Origin: the human T2T-CHM13v2.0 reference genome, Homo sapiens
Reading direction: 5' to 3' (one strand)
NCBI RefSeq assembly: GCF_009914755.1
Contig: NC_060947.1
DNA length: 64,000 bases
Below, piece after piece: positions 1 to 16,830 of the stretch. The notes below the pieces were generated by a model. The model was not told the origin of the DNA. It did not search any database and saw only the letters and a list, made by a program, of their open reading frames with translations. Position 1 is the first letter of the stretch. Every line of letters starts with the position of its first letter. A program made the position numbers and the translations under genes.

Positions 1-290
1 GCTTCAGTTTAATCTATTATCTTAAAAAAACTCAGGAATTCCTTTGCCACTCAGTATTTTTAAATGATCCCCATGTGTTTCTTCACCAATGAAGAAATTA
101 CATTTCGAAATGCCTTTTGAAGGGAAATTACCTAATAACAGCTCCTTGGGTGTGTATGTCTGTGTGTGGAAGGGGAGGGAGATTAAGGAGGAGAAGAAAC
201 TCCTGCCAACTTTTTTCTTTCTTTCTTTCTTTTTCTGGTTGGGGGAGGAGCATCACGTAGACATCAGAAACGTTAAAATGAGGAAAATTA

Positions 291-1186
291 CCAACAAATT
301 TACAAGAAAAAAACACACAACCCCATCAAAAAGTGGGCAAAGGATATGAACAGACACTTCTCAAAAGAAGACATCTATGCAGCCAACAGACACATGAAAA
401 AATGCTCATCATCACTGGCCACCAGAGAAATGCAAATCAAAACCACAATGAGATACCATCTCACACCAGTTAGAATGGCAATCATTAAAAAGTCAGGAAA
501 CAATAGGTGCTGGAGAGGATGTGGAGAAATAGGAACACTTTTACACTGTTGGTGGGACTGTAAACTAGTTCAACCATTGTGGAAGACAGTGTGGCGATTC
601 CTCAAGGATCTAGAACTAGAAATACTATTTGACCCAGCCATCCCATTACTGGGTATATACCCAAAGGACTATAAATCATGCTGCTATAAAGACACATGCA
701 CACATATGTTTATTGCGGCACTATTCACAATAGCAAAGACTTGGAACCAAGCCAAATGTCCAACAATGATAGACTGGATTAAGAAAATGTGGCACATATA
801 CACCATGGAATACTATGCAGCCATAAAAAAGGATGAGTTCATGTCCTTTGTAGGGACAAGGAGGAAGCTGGAAACCATCATTCTCAGCAAACTATCGCAA
901 GGACAGAAAACCAAACACCGCATGTTCTCACTCATAGGTGGGAATTGAACAATGAGAACACATGGACACAGGAAGGGGAACATCACACACCAGGGCCTGT
1001 TGTGGGGTGAGGGGAGCGGGGAGGGATAGCATTTGGAGATATACCTAATGTTAAATGATGAGTTACTGGGTGCAGCACACCAACATGGCACATGTATACA
1101 TATGTAACTAACCTGCACGTTGTGCACATGTACCCTAAAACTTAAAGTATAATAAAAAAATAAAAATAAAAATAAAAAAGTTAAAA
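291..1186 (+). mobile_element. 5'-truncated primate LINE-1 (L1PA4-5-like): ORF2 C-terminus, 3'UTR and A-tail
   Basis: ORF 346-948 is the ORF2p C-terminus (CWRGC..H..C knuckle). G-rich 3'UTR and A-rich tail follow. A 16-bp TSD AAAATGAGGAAAATTA lies at 275-290 and 1187-1202, at a TT/AAAA endonuclease site. Confidence 0.95.
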
Positions 1187-4100
1187 AAAATGAGGAAAAT
1201 TAAAGTGACAGAAGTGAAAACTTAGTACATCTTCTACCTTCAAATGCCATGCTTGTTTTCTACCCATAGCAGATAGACATAATAAAGATATAATTCTGCT
1301 GATATGGATTATATTTCATCCTCTTCCAAATTTATTACCTGAATCCCTTCGTAGATTCTTAAAGACCTAACCTGCCTCTGCCAATTTTCACAGGCTGCCT
1401 TGTACAAATACAGCAAATTCCATAAGCTAAGGCCTGCTTCTCAGCTCTACCACTTAACAGAACTAAGAAATCAAAGGCTGTAGTTTGGCAAATGAACTAA
1501 ACTTACGTTTCCCTAATCTACACCTCCAGTCCTGATACCACCCAAGCTCCAGTCCTGATTTTTCAGTGGCTTTTGGATATGTCCCCTGTACGTCACTCTG
1601 TCGCCTCAAACTCCACATGCCTCAATTGTATTTATCATCTCCTCCTTCTCATGCTACTAGACACCACCACTTCTCCCTGAGCCCACCATTCCTGACTTCT
1701 CCTGATCTCCAAAAAAGTGGGTGCATGAGTCTCACTCGCAGGCTACATGATCACTCCTAAACACCAATATTTTACCTCTTGATTCATGTTTGTGCTTTAG
1801 TGATGTCATGAACCTCAAGAACATTCAAAACCAAGTGTGTTAAAGCTGTGGGTGCCAGTGTCTGAGGGTCCACAGCTTGCTACTCAATATATTTAAGATA
1901 GTGTCACACTGGCACCTCAAACTAACCACAGGAATAACTGAATCCATGGGCCTCTCCACCTCCACCACAAACTGTTCCTGATTCCTTGCTCCCTTATCAT
2001 GGAGAACACACCATCACCCCCGCTAAACTGCTCAAGCCAGCTTCATTCTCTCGCTGACTTATTGGTCCATCTGGCTGCCAACCCCCATCAATCCCACCTT
2101 CTGAAGAACTCTCAAACCCATTAGGGATGACCCAGCTCTGCCTCAGCACAGGCATTTTGTATTTCCTTCTGGACTAAAAGTCTTATAACTATTCTCCCAG
2201 ACTCCATTCTGCCCCTCTGACTGTGGTTAGAGTGATCTTTCTAGAATGCAGTTTTGAGCACGATGTTCTGCATCTTCCATCTTTCAACAACTTCCTTCTG
2301 CCCACAAGATACTTACCAAGATCATCCATTACATGGCCCGTTCTGACTGCTCTAATCCCATTCACTGCAGCTCAACAACATTCCTGTACTCACAAGCTAC
2401 TCCTGCCCACAAGGATGTCTAGTCCTTCTTATCCTTCTCGAATGCCTTGATACTTTATATTGCTTCCCCTTGTTCTAAACATTGGTGAGTAGGAGTCCCA
2501 TGTCTAACAATGTGATTGTGTTACAGAAAATGCTAATCTGAAAACACATGTTTCCAAAGGGTATATACCCAGAGTAGAATGAGTTAAAGACTGGGTTAGG
2601 CAAATTGTAGTACATACAAGTAAGAGTAAGGAGAATTATGAGTTTCAAAGGAGGGAAGTGAGAAAAGTTTGATAGAGAGGGAGTGAGGACCCTGAGAAAG
2701 GAGGGAAGAGGATAAGTGAGACAAGTGTGAAAATGAAAGAGAGCCCAGTACTATGATGAGATGCTGTGGCCTGAGAAGAGAGACATGCATTGAGAATTTC
2801 TCAGGGATGAGGATGGCCAAAAGATTCTAGAGAACTCGAGTGCCTTTGATTCCATTTTACATGGCTCGTCTTCACTGTTCTGAGTTGTGAGCCTCTCTAT
2901 TACTCCTAAACCTTCTATAAAAATCTGTTCCAATGGCACTTTGTGTTTGTGCAGAGTAGTGTCCAAGTCAGAGGTGATGCAGGTGTACCAAGAGCAGAGC
3001 TGTTGTAGGGAGAAGACAGTAGCCACCATCATCTAAGGGGTGACAGGGAAGCAGGCCACAGTGTAGACTGACCACAGGAAAGTGAGATGCACACAGCTAA
3101 ACAGACATGTTAGCCAGGGTGTTAGATTTTCTACAACCTGAGGGATTGTGTCTCAGGGAAGTTTATTTAACAACAGAGGAAAAGGAGACTCAATTCCTGT
3201 AAGGCTTAAAAAATTAGGAATTTCCAGTTATAGTTATAGCCCATATAAGAAAGTCACAGAATTGCTATGAAGTAAATAAATACTTCTGAAAAAGTGAATA
3301 TACAATGATAAATACACAAAATATAAATTAAAATGGATATACTTATTGAAAAGTATTGGTAAAATCATGTCAGACTTGAGAAAAGAATTAACTTCACAAG
3401 ATGACTAATGATTATTTAAAAACTGGAATTTATTTTCCAGATCCTTAATTTACAAAAAAGGTATATTGTTTCCAATGGCTCAGATAAATAATGACATGGT
3501 TTGATTCAAACTAGGAGAAAGAGAGAGAGGGAAGTGTGTGGAAGAAAAGGGAGAGGTTTATTATCATTGTCCTAGAATTTTCACAAACTCTAAGCTAGAA
3601 ATTCAGGAAACTAAATCAAATTTCCATTATATCTTACATAATAGAATTTATATAATAGGCAGGTAAAAGTCATCAAGCTTGAGATGTCACAATTCAGGAC
3701 ATATTTTAATGCCAACAGAAATCATTTCAGACATAAAGTGTATTTCCAAAGCCTAAAAAAAATTCTTTCACACACAGCCCCAACAACTATATGTGAGAAC
3801 ATTTGGTACTTACTGCAGAGTCACCAGAGTTTTATGGAGGCTAACATTTCTCTTGGACTTCTATGCTAAACAGAGTTTAAGAAAGCAGTGTGAAGGAATA
3901 TGTATGAGAGATAATATATCATGATTGCTAAAGCAGAAGCTATATCTCTGAAATTTGGGAGTTCAAGGATTCCTGAAGAGTTGCTAATTAATTTTGATGT
4001 ATTACGATAAGTTAGGATATGCTGCAGTTATAACCCCAAAGTTCTCAGTGGTGCAGCATAACAAGATTATTTATTACTCATACAATGTCTTCAGTAGATG

Positions 4101-4254
4101 TGGGAGACTAGGCAGGACTATTACTCTCCATGATGCTTAGATTCTATGGCTTTTCCATATCAACACACACTCCCATCATGAGTTGCTTTTTAAACACATT
4201 AATCTGCAACTCACACTGTGGTTACATGACTATACTAACTGTAACAAAGCCTGT

Positions 4255-5704
4255 ACAAATGAAGAAAACAAAATAAAAGATCAATGAATCAAAAAGTTGG
4301 TTTTTTGAAAAGTTAAATAAAATTGAGAAACCTTTAGCCAGTCTAAGAAAAAAAAGAGACAACATACAAATAAATAAAATCCGAAATGAAAAAGGATACA
4401 TTACAACTGATAGTACAGAAATTCAAAGGATCATTAATGGCTACTATGAGCAACCATATGCCAAAAACAAAAAGAAGAAAATCTGGAAAAAATGAACAAA
4501 TTCCTAGACACATACAACCTACCAAGATGGAACCAGGAAGAAATCCAAAACTTGAACAGATCAATAAAGTAACAATATCAAAGCTGTAATAAAAAGTCTC
4601 CCAGTAAAGAAAGCCCAAGACCCAGTGGCTTCACTGCTAAGTTCTACCAAACATTTAAAGGAGAGCTAATCAATCCTACTAGAACTTTTCCAAAAAAGAG
4701 AGGAGGAGGGAATACTTCCAAACTCTTTCTGCAAGGCCAGTATCACCCTGATACCAAAACCAGAAAAAGACACATCAAGAAAGAAAACTGCAGGCCAATA
4801 TTGTTAATAAATATTGATGCAAAAATCCTCAACAAAATACTAACAAACCAAATTCAACAGTACATTAAAAAAAATCATTCGTGATGACCAAGTGGGATTT
4901 ATCTCTGGGATGCTAGGATGGTTCAGCATATGCAGATCAATCAATGTGATACATCATATCAACAGAATGAAGAATAAAAACCATAGGATCATTTCAATTG
5001 ATGCTAAAAAAGCATTTGATAAAATTCAACATCCTGTCGTGATAAAACTCCTTAAAAAACTGGGTATAGAAGGAACACACCTCAACATAATAAAAGCCAT
5101 ATTTGACAGACCCACAGCTAGTATCATACTGAATGGGGAAAAACTGAAAGCCTTTCCTCTAAGATGTGTAACATGACAAGGATGTCCACTTTCACCATTC
5201 TAATTCAACATAGTACTGGAAATCCTGGCTAGAGCAATCAGACAAGATAAAGAAACAAAGGGCATCTACATTAGAAAGGAAGAAGTCAAATTATCCTTGT
5301 TTGCTGATGATATGATCTTACATTTGGAAATACCTAAAGACTCCACCAGAAAACTATTAGAAGTGATAAACAAATTCAGTAAAGTAGCAGGATACAAAAT
5401 CAACAAAAATCGGTAGCATTTCTATATGCCAACAGTGAACAATCTGAAAAAGAAATAAAGTAATCCCATTTACAATAGCTACAAATAAAATTAAATACCT
5501 AGGAGTTAACCAAAGAAATGAAAACTATAAAACACTGAAGAAATAAATTGAAGAGGACACCAAAAAATGGAAAAATATTCCATGTTCATGGGTTGGAAGA
5601 ATTAATATTGTTAAAGTATCCATACTACCCATAGCAATCTATAGATTCAATGCAAGCCCTATCAATACCAACAACATTCTTCAAAGAAATAGAAAAAACA
5701 ATAT
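4255..5704 (+). mobile_element. Old LINE-1 ORF2 fragment (L1MA-like), RT region, degenerate
   Basis: ORF 4892-5176 gives [20 protein letters not shown]-encoding TTTGCTGATGATATG lies near 5300. Many stops and frameshifts. Confidence 0.88.
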
Positions 5705-6727
5705 GAGGGAGCTAGCAGCCAAGATGGCCGAATAGGAACAGCTCCGGTCTACAGCTCCCAGCGTGAGCGACACAGAAGATGGGTGATTTCTGCATTTCCA
5801 TCTGAGGTACGGGGTTCATCTCACTAGGGAGTGCCAGACAGTGGGTGCAGGACAGTGGGTGCAGCGCACTGTGTGCGAGCTGAAGCAGGGCGAGGCATTG
5901 CCTCACTCGGGCAGCGCAAGGGGTCAGGGAGTTCCCTTTCCGAGTCAAAGAAAGGGGTGACAGATGGCACCTGGAAAATCGGGTCACTCCCACCCTAATA
6001 CTGTGCTTTTCCAACGGGCTTAAAAAACGGCGCACCAGGAGATTATATCCTGCACCTGTCTCGGAGGGTCCTACGCCCACGGAGTCTCGCTGAATGCTAG
6101 CACAGCAGTCTGAGACCAAACTGCAAGGCGGCAGCCAGGCTGGGGAAGGGGCGCCCGCCATTGCCCAGGCTTGCTTAGGTAAACAAAGCAGCTGGGAAGC
6201 TCGAACTGGGTGGAGCCCACCACAGCTCAAGGAGGCCTGCCTGCCTCTGCAGGCTCCACCTCTGGGGGCAGGGCACAGACAAACAAAAAGACAGCAGTAA
6301 CCCCTGCAGACTTAAATGTCCCTGTCTGACAGCTTTGAAGAGAGCAGTGGTTCTCCCAGCACGCAGCTGGAGATCTGAGAACGGGCAGACTGCCTCCTCA
6401 AGTGGGTCACTGACCCCTGACCCCCAAGCAGCCTAAATGGGAGGCACCCCCCAGTAGGGGCAGACTGACACCTCACACGGCCGGGTACCCCTCTGAGACA
6501 AAAATTCCAGAGAAACGATCAGACAGCAGCATTCGTGGTTCTGCAGCCACCGCTGCTGATACCCAGGCAAACAGGGTCTGGAGTGGACCTCTAGCAAACT
6601 CCAACAGACGTGCAGCTGAGGGTCCTGTCTGTTAGAAGGAAAACTAACAAACAGAAAGGGCATCCACACCAAAAACCCATCTGTACATCACCATCATCAA
6701 AGACCAAAAGTAGATAAAACCACAAAG
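5705..6727 (+). promoter_or_regulatory. L1 5'UTR with internal sense promoter and antisense promoter region
   Basis: CpG-rich ~1.0-kb L1PA 5'UTR upstream of the ORF1 ATG, with the YY1 motif CAAGATGGCC near 5720. Confidence 0.85.
5712..6161 (-). other. L1 ORF0-like antisense reading frame (149 aa, C-terminally extended)
   Basis: MAGAPSPAWLPPCSLVSDCCAS... from the ATG at 6161 matches the known ORF0 N-terminus. The frame is open to TAG at 5712-5714. Confidence 0.7.
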
Positions 6728-7744
6728 ATGGGGAAAAAACAGAGCAGGAAAACTGGAAACTCTAAAAAGCAGAGCGCCTCTCCTCCTCCAAAGGAACGCA
6801 GTTCCTCACCAGCAACGGAACAAAGCTGGATGGAGAATGACTTTGACGAGTTGAGAGAAGAAGGCTTCAGACGATCAAACTACTCTGAGCTACAGGAGGA
6901 AATTCAAACCAAAGGCAAAGAAGTTAAAAACTTTGAAAAAAATTTAGACGAATGTATAGCTAGAATAACCAATACAGAGAAGTGCTTAAAGGAGCTGATG
7001 GAGCTGAAAGCCAAGGCTCGAGAACTACGCGAAGAAAGCAGAAGCCTCAGGACCTGACACGATCAGCTGGAAGAAAGGGTATCAGTGATGGAAGATGAAA
7101 TGAATGAAATGAAGCGAGAAGGGAAGTTTAGAGAAAAAAGAATAAAAAGAAACGAACAAAGCCTCCAAGAAATATGGGACTATGTGAAAAGACCAAATCT
7201 ACGTCTGATTGGTGTACCTGAAAGTGACAGGGAGAATGGAACCAAGTTGGAAAACACTCTACAGGATATTATCCAGGAGAACTTCCCCAATCTAGCAAGG
7301 CAGACCAACATTCAGATTCAGGAAATACAGAGAACGCCACAAAGATACTCCTCAAGAAGAGCAACTCCAAGACACATAATTGTCAGATTCACCAAAATTG
7401 AAATGAAGGAAAAAATGTTAAGGGCAGCCAGAGACAAAGGTTGGGTCACCCACAAAGGGAAGCCCATCAGACTAACAGCGGATCTCTCGGCAGAAACTCT
7501 ACAAGCCAGAAGAGAGTGGGGGCCAATATTCAACATTCTTAAAGAAAAGAATTTTCAACCCAGAATTTCATATCCAGCCAAAGTAAGCTTCATAAGTGAA
7601 GGAGAAATAAAATACTTTACAGACAAGCAAATGCTGAGAGATTTTGTCACCACCAGGCCTGCCCTAAAAGAGCTCCTGAAGGAAGCACTAAACATGGAAA
7701 GGAACAACCGGTACCAGCCACTGCAAAATCATGCCAAATTGTAA
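6728..7744 (+). pseudogene. L1 ORF1p, full 338-codon length with one in-frame nonsense codon
   Basis: MGKKQSRKTGNSK...LQNHAKL. TGA at 7055-7057 (codon 110, consistent with CGA>TGA CpG decay) splits it into two same-frame ORFs. Confidence 0.93.
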
Positions 7745-7792
7745 AGACCATCGAGGCTAGGAAGAAACTGCATCAACTAACAAGCAAAATAA

Positions 7793-11630
<3,838 letters not shown>

Positions 11631-11918
11631 TTGAACAATGGGAACAGTTGGACACAGGGCAGGGAACACCACACACCAGGGCCTGTCTTGGGGTGGGGGG
11701 CAGGGGGAGGGATAGCATTAGGAGAAATACCTAATGTAAATGACGAGTTACTGGGTGCAGCAAGCCAACATGGCACATGTATACATATGTAACAAACCTG
11801 CACGTTGTGCACATGTACCCTAGAACTTAAAGTATAATTTAAAAAAAAGTGGGGGGGAAGAATCCCAAATAAAAAAAGATGCCATAAAAGGTAAAAAAAA
11901 AAAGAAAAGAAAAGAAAA

Positions 11919-12725
11919 GCTTCTACACAGCAAAATAACTGAACAGATTGATTAGCTGAATATTGCTAATCATCAGATAAATGCAAATTAAAACCACCAG
12001 CCAGAATGGCTATTATTTAAAAAGTCACAAAATAACAGATGTTGGTGAGAATGTGAAGAAAAGGGAACACTTATACACTGTTAGTGGGAAGGTAAATTAG
12101 TACAACCTCTATGGAAAACAGTATGGAGATTTCTCAAACAACTAAAAATAGAAGTACAATTCGATCCAGCAAACCCACTACTGAGTGTCTACCCAAAGGA
12201 AAAGCAATCATTTTATCAAAAAGATACCCACAGACATGTTTATCACAGCACTGTTCACCATAGCAAAGATATGGAATCAACCTGTCTAAGAACAGATGAC
12301 TGGATAAAGAAAATATGGTACATATATACCATGGAATACTACTCAGACATAAAAAAGAATGAAATAATGTCTTTTGCAGCAACATAGATGGAACTGGAGG
12401 CCATTATCTGAAGTGAAATAACTCAGAAACAGAAAGCCAAATACTTCAGGTTTTCATTTGTAAGTGGGAGCTAAATAATGTGTACATATGGACATAAAGT
12501 GTAGAATAACAGACATTGGAGACTACAAGAGGTGGGAGGTTGGGAGGTGAGCGAGGGATGAGAAATTACTTAATGTATACAATGTACACTATTTGGGTGA
12601 TGGCTATACTAAGAGCCCAGACTTCACCAGTAGGCAATATACCCATGTATCAAAACTGCATTTGTATCCTCTAAATTTATGTAAATAAAAAAGAATTGAA
12701 CAAATAAAATGTACAAATATAAAAT
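11919..12725 (+). mobile_element. Older L1 3' end (L1PB-like)
   Basis: Degenerate ORF2 C-terminus (AAAAGCTTCTACACAGCAAAA...), a non-L1PA 3'UTR and an A-rich end. Confidence 0.8.
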
Positions 12726-13049
12726 AAAACAAAATAATTTTAAAAAGAGGATCAGAAATCTTGGCAAATATTAGTAATGTCTACTACAGATACATAGATT
12801 ATTTTTAAATTTTACTTGTAGGCAAAGAAGGAAAAATAAAATAAATTGTTATATAGTAAAAATAAAATTAAAATGTTTCCAAGTATTTTCAAGTATCAGA
12901 AGTTTTTTTCCACCTCCCTCCCACTTGTTTCTTGTTTCAGACTCTTGTGACCAAGGAAAAAAGAAATAAAAAATAGACTTCAAACACTTTATTTATTTTA
13001 ATCCAAGCCATGTCATTAATGGGGGAATGAGAGCTTTATTTAACCTATC

Positions 13050-13250
13050 ATAGGGTTTCTCAACCTCGACATTATTGACATTTTGAGCTGGATCATTCTT
13101 GGGCACTGTCCTGTGCATTGCAGGATGTGTTAGCAGCCTTTCTGGCCTCTACCCACCAGATTCCACTCCAGTTGTGAAAAGCAAAAGTGTCTTCAGACAT
13201 TATCAAATGCTCCTGGCAGAGTGAGAACATTAATTCTGATTGAGAACCAC
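13050..13250. mobile_element. MER20-like hAT MITE
   Basis: Termini AGGGTTTCTCAACCT and TTGAGAACCACT; internal ATTGACATTTTGAGCTGGAT. Confidence 0.75.
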
Positions 13251-13364
13251 TTTTCTAAGTTTCCTTTGACCAGTAAATCATCTAAAAGGATGAAGATGAT
13301 CTAAAACATCAACTGGCCCATATAGAGGTGGAGTAGACCAAAGATGAAAGAAACACCTTCTCCT

Positions 13365-13490
13365 AGATCTACCACTTATTTCCCCTGTGACTTTGGGCAA
13401 GTTTCTGAACCACTCTTTACCTTATCTATAAAAGGAGAATAATGTTACCTAGCTCACAAGCTTATTGTAAGAATTAAATGAGACACTACC
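13365..13490. mobile_element. MIR SINE fragment
   Basis: Core CTGTGACTTTGGGCAAGTT...CTATAAAAGG...AATTAAATGAGA. Confidence 0.65.
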
Positions 13491-15137
13491 TACTATTTTC
13501 TCTCTGTTTTGGGAAACATCCTATTATATGCCCAGTTCCTATATAGACACAGGGAGTCTATTTCTGAACTTTCCGTTCTCTTCTATTTGTGTCTCTGCAT
13601 ATTTCTGTGAGAATTCCCCACTGTTTTTATTAACCATTATTATTATTAGCCCTCTATTATCCACAGGTGACTTGTCTGAGAAACTCGGCCATTTGGAAAG
13701 AGGCTGGAAACTGAGAAGTGAAGAAAAAGGCATGTAGAAGCCCTGCACTAAAGGTCAGATACATTTCTCACCATAAAGCCCCCCAAGGTTATTAAGATGG
13801 TTTATAAATTATTTCCTCCTCTGCCCCTACATCCTCTTGTGCCTCGCATACAGGTATAGACACCCAATAAATGATTGCTGAGAAACGAAATGACCAATTT
13901 CAGACATAAGGCAAACAAGATTATCATTATCAGGCTTCTCCACATCACCAAAGAAGTCCCAAATTAGGTAGGATAGGGATAGGGAAGGTGTTAATACAAT
14001 CAGAACTGGTGTCAAGATGTCAGTAGTAAGAAGTAACAGGTCTGACATTAAAAGAGTAAATTAAAGGGCAGACATTAATTTAAAAATAAAAACTACATGC
14101 TCTGGAGAGTAAGCAGCCATAAACACCACAATAACCCCCTAGCTGCATTACATTGTCAGCGCATAATAACTGACATTCCTAATAATGACTCTGACATTTT
14201 GAAAAAAATGCTAATTTCTGTTCAGCATGTTCCATTTAAAAAAAATTCAGGGTAGTGTATAAGGCATTTGAAAAAGATTTCCATCACAGACTTGTAAAAT
14301 ATGTGATTTGCAATGCACTTTAGGGATTACCTAATCTAATTGTTTTTTAGATGAAGAAAGTCAGTTCCGGAAAGATGAAGTGCACTTGCCCAAGGTCAGG
14401 CACCAGAGAGACAGAAATGGAATAAAGGCCTTAGTTTGCCAACTCCACAGCAACTGCTTTTTCCACTGCTGCACATCTGCACAAACATAAATATATATTT
14501 TAAATTTATTACGAGTACCAAATTTAATATTTGGCAACTCAACAGGGATAGACTTCAAATATTTGGAATTTCCCTCACTGAGCTATTAATAAACCGGTCC
14601 TCATTGAGCCTTTGTATTGCTCAAAAAAATTAGATCTGATGGGTGGGTGTCAAAGGAGTGAGAAAGCATAATGCTTGACTCAGGTGAATTTTTAGAAGGG
14701 AGGGTAAGATTTACATGTAAGAAGTCAGAGCTATGGAAAGCAGTAGGGAGAGTGGTGCCCTGGGAATGGAGGGATAGGAAATGGCAACCCATGACTGCTC
14801 GTCAAAGAAGGTACGGGGTGGGGTGGGGCAGATCTCTTGGGCTGGACCCAGAAGCATATCTGAGTTGGACCCAGAAGCATATGTAGGCCTTATTAAAAAA
14901 AAAAAAAAAAGAGAGAGACTCTAGATGTGAAGAACATTAGAAAACACTGGCGGGGGGTTGGGTGGAAGCCTGGATCATGTTCCAAAACATTCATTCAAAC
15001 AAACAATTTAATAAGCATGAGTTACTTATGAAGATTGGGGGGGATGTTATAGAAAATATTAAAAATTGAGGCTTCCCTGGAAAATCTAAGTTGAAGGGAT
15101 GAGAGAATAAGGAAAATGGTCCAAACTGCTCTAGAAG

Positions 15138-15690
15138 GGCACTATCTGGTAGAAATATAACACATGCCACACATATAAAGTTTTCTAATAAACCCATTAA
15201 AAAAGCAAAAAGCAACAGTTGACATTTACTTTAATATTTTAACTAATTCAGTATATCCAAAATGCTATTATTTCAATATGCAATTGATATTCAAAAATTA
15301 TGGAGATGTTTTACATTATTTTACTCGTACGAAGTCTTTGAAATATAATGTGCATGTCACACTTAAGCATATCTCAATTTGGGTACTAAATTTTCAACAG
15401 AAGCACTTGATCTGAACTTAGATATGGTAAAATTTGCAACTGAAAAAGTGAATTCACATACTCAAGTTGTTCCAAACACACTTAAAAGTTTTCCAATAAT
15501 TGCATCAAATATCAAAAAATCATCTTCCATTAATATTCAAATCCACACCGACAAAACTGCTTCAGTTTTTTAAATTTAAATGCCAATTAACTAATAGTAA
15601 TTCAAAGTTCAGTTCCCCAGCCCCCCTGGACAAATTTCAAGAGTTGAGTCATACAGGTGGCTAGTGGTTATGCATTAGGCAGCTCAGGTC
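15138..15690. mobile_element. Charlie5/MER33-related hAT DNA transposon remnant
   Basis: MER33-like ends (TAGAAATATAACACATGCCACACATA and GTGGCTAGTGG). Flanked by CTCTAGAA and GTCTAGAA, which fit the 8-bp hAT target consensus. Confidence 0.6.
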
Positions 15691-16229
15691 TAGAAGATGG
15701 GTTCTAGGGGTGGAGCAGGGTTGTCCCATGACATAAGGCCCTTGGAACATAGACCCAGAATGCACAGAGGTAGACTCTGTATATGAGCTAGTCCACAAAA
15801 CAGAGCCACTCTATATTATCCAACACTTGGAGAGCATCAAGATAAAAATAGATTTCTAGAGAGGTTAATATGCAGCAGAACTGAGAAAAAAAAACAGGGA
15901 AGCCAATGAACAGTTTATTGTCATAAATAAAATGTGAAGTAATGAGGACTCAAACTGGAGCTGAGAAGGAGAAACGCAGGGGAGCCGAGGATCTGAGAGG
16001 CAATTGGATGGAAGAACCGACAAGACTGAAGAAGAGATAGGATACAGAAAAACAGCCCCCAGCTAAAGACCTCAGAGGAACCTGGTTTTTGTTTGATTGG
16101 TTGGTTGGGTTTTGTTTTTGTGTTTGTTTATTCTCTATTCTCTTTTCTACACATATTTTATAGGAAAAAGTATTATAACCAAAGGAGTGAAGTACTGTGA
16201 AGATCTGTTTCAAGGAAACCACTGCAAAG

Positions 16230-16830
16230 AGCACCCCACTCAATGTCTGCCTGAATAGGCAATCTATTACACAGCAATGACAAAGTTCTGCCATTTTGGA
16301 TGTCAAAATATTTCTCAGTTTCATTCATTTGCCTTACGACTACCCTGATCAGGCCACATCTTTTACCCGGATTGTTGCAGTAGCATCCTAACACTGCCTG
16401 CTTAGTATTGCTCCACCCCAACCCATTCTCCAAATTGTAGCCGGAGTACTCTCTCCAAACACAAATCAGATCATGTCACTTCCTTGTTTAAAACAAGTCA
16501 GAGGCTTCCCATTGTCCCCCAAGTGAACCCATTAACATGATTTTGCAAGACCTTCATGATGCAGCCTTTCCTTCCTTCTCCAGCCTTACATTTCACCATC
16601 CCCTGCCTTTCTCACCACTCAACTAACCTACCCATCCCTCTTCCCTAGTCCTATCCTCCTGATTGGTTCTCTCTTCCTGGAAAACACTAATCTCTCTCTC
16701 TTTCTCTATCTCCATCCCTCTGTCTCTGCCTATGTCTCTCTTCTTTCTCCTTCCCCTTCTCTCTCCAACTCTCACTTCCCAGCCTTTTCCCTTCTTGTTC
16801 CTCTGCCTGAAATAATCTGTTCTTTACTGG
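16230..16830. repeat. L2 fragment followed by CT-rich low-complexity tract
   Basis: L2-type AAATCAGATCATGTCACTTCCTTGTTTAAAA; polypyrimidine run at ~16690-16810. Confidence 0.55.

Noticed and set aside
15950-16324. 124-aa ORF in semi-unique sequence
   Set aside because: Crosses low-complexity GTTT tracts and an L2 fragment; no recognisable homology or clear splice context.
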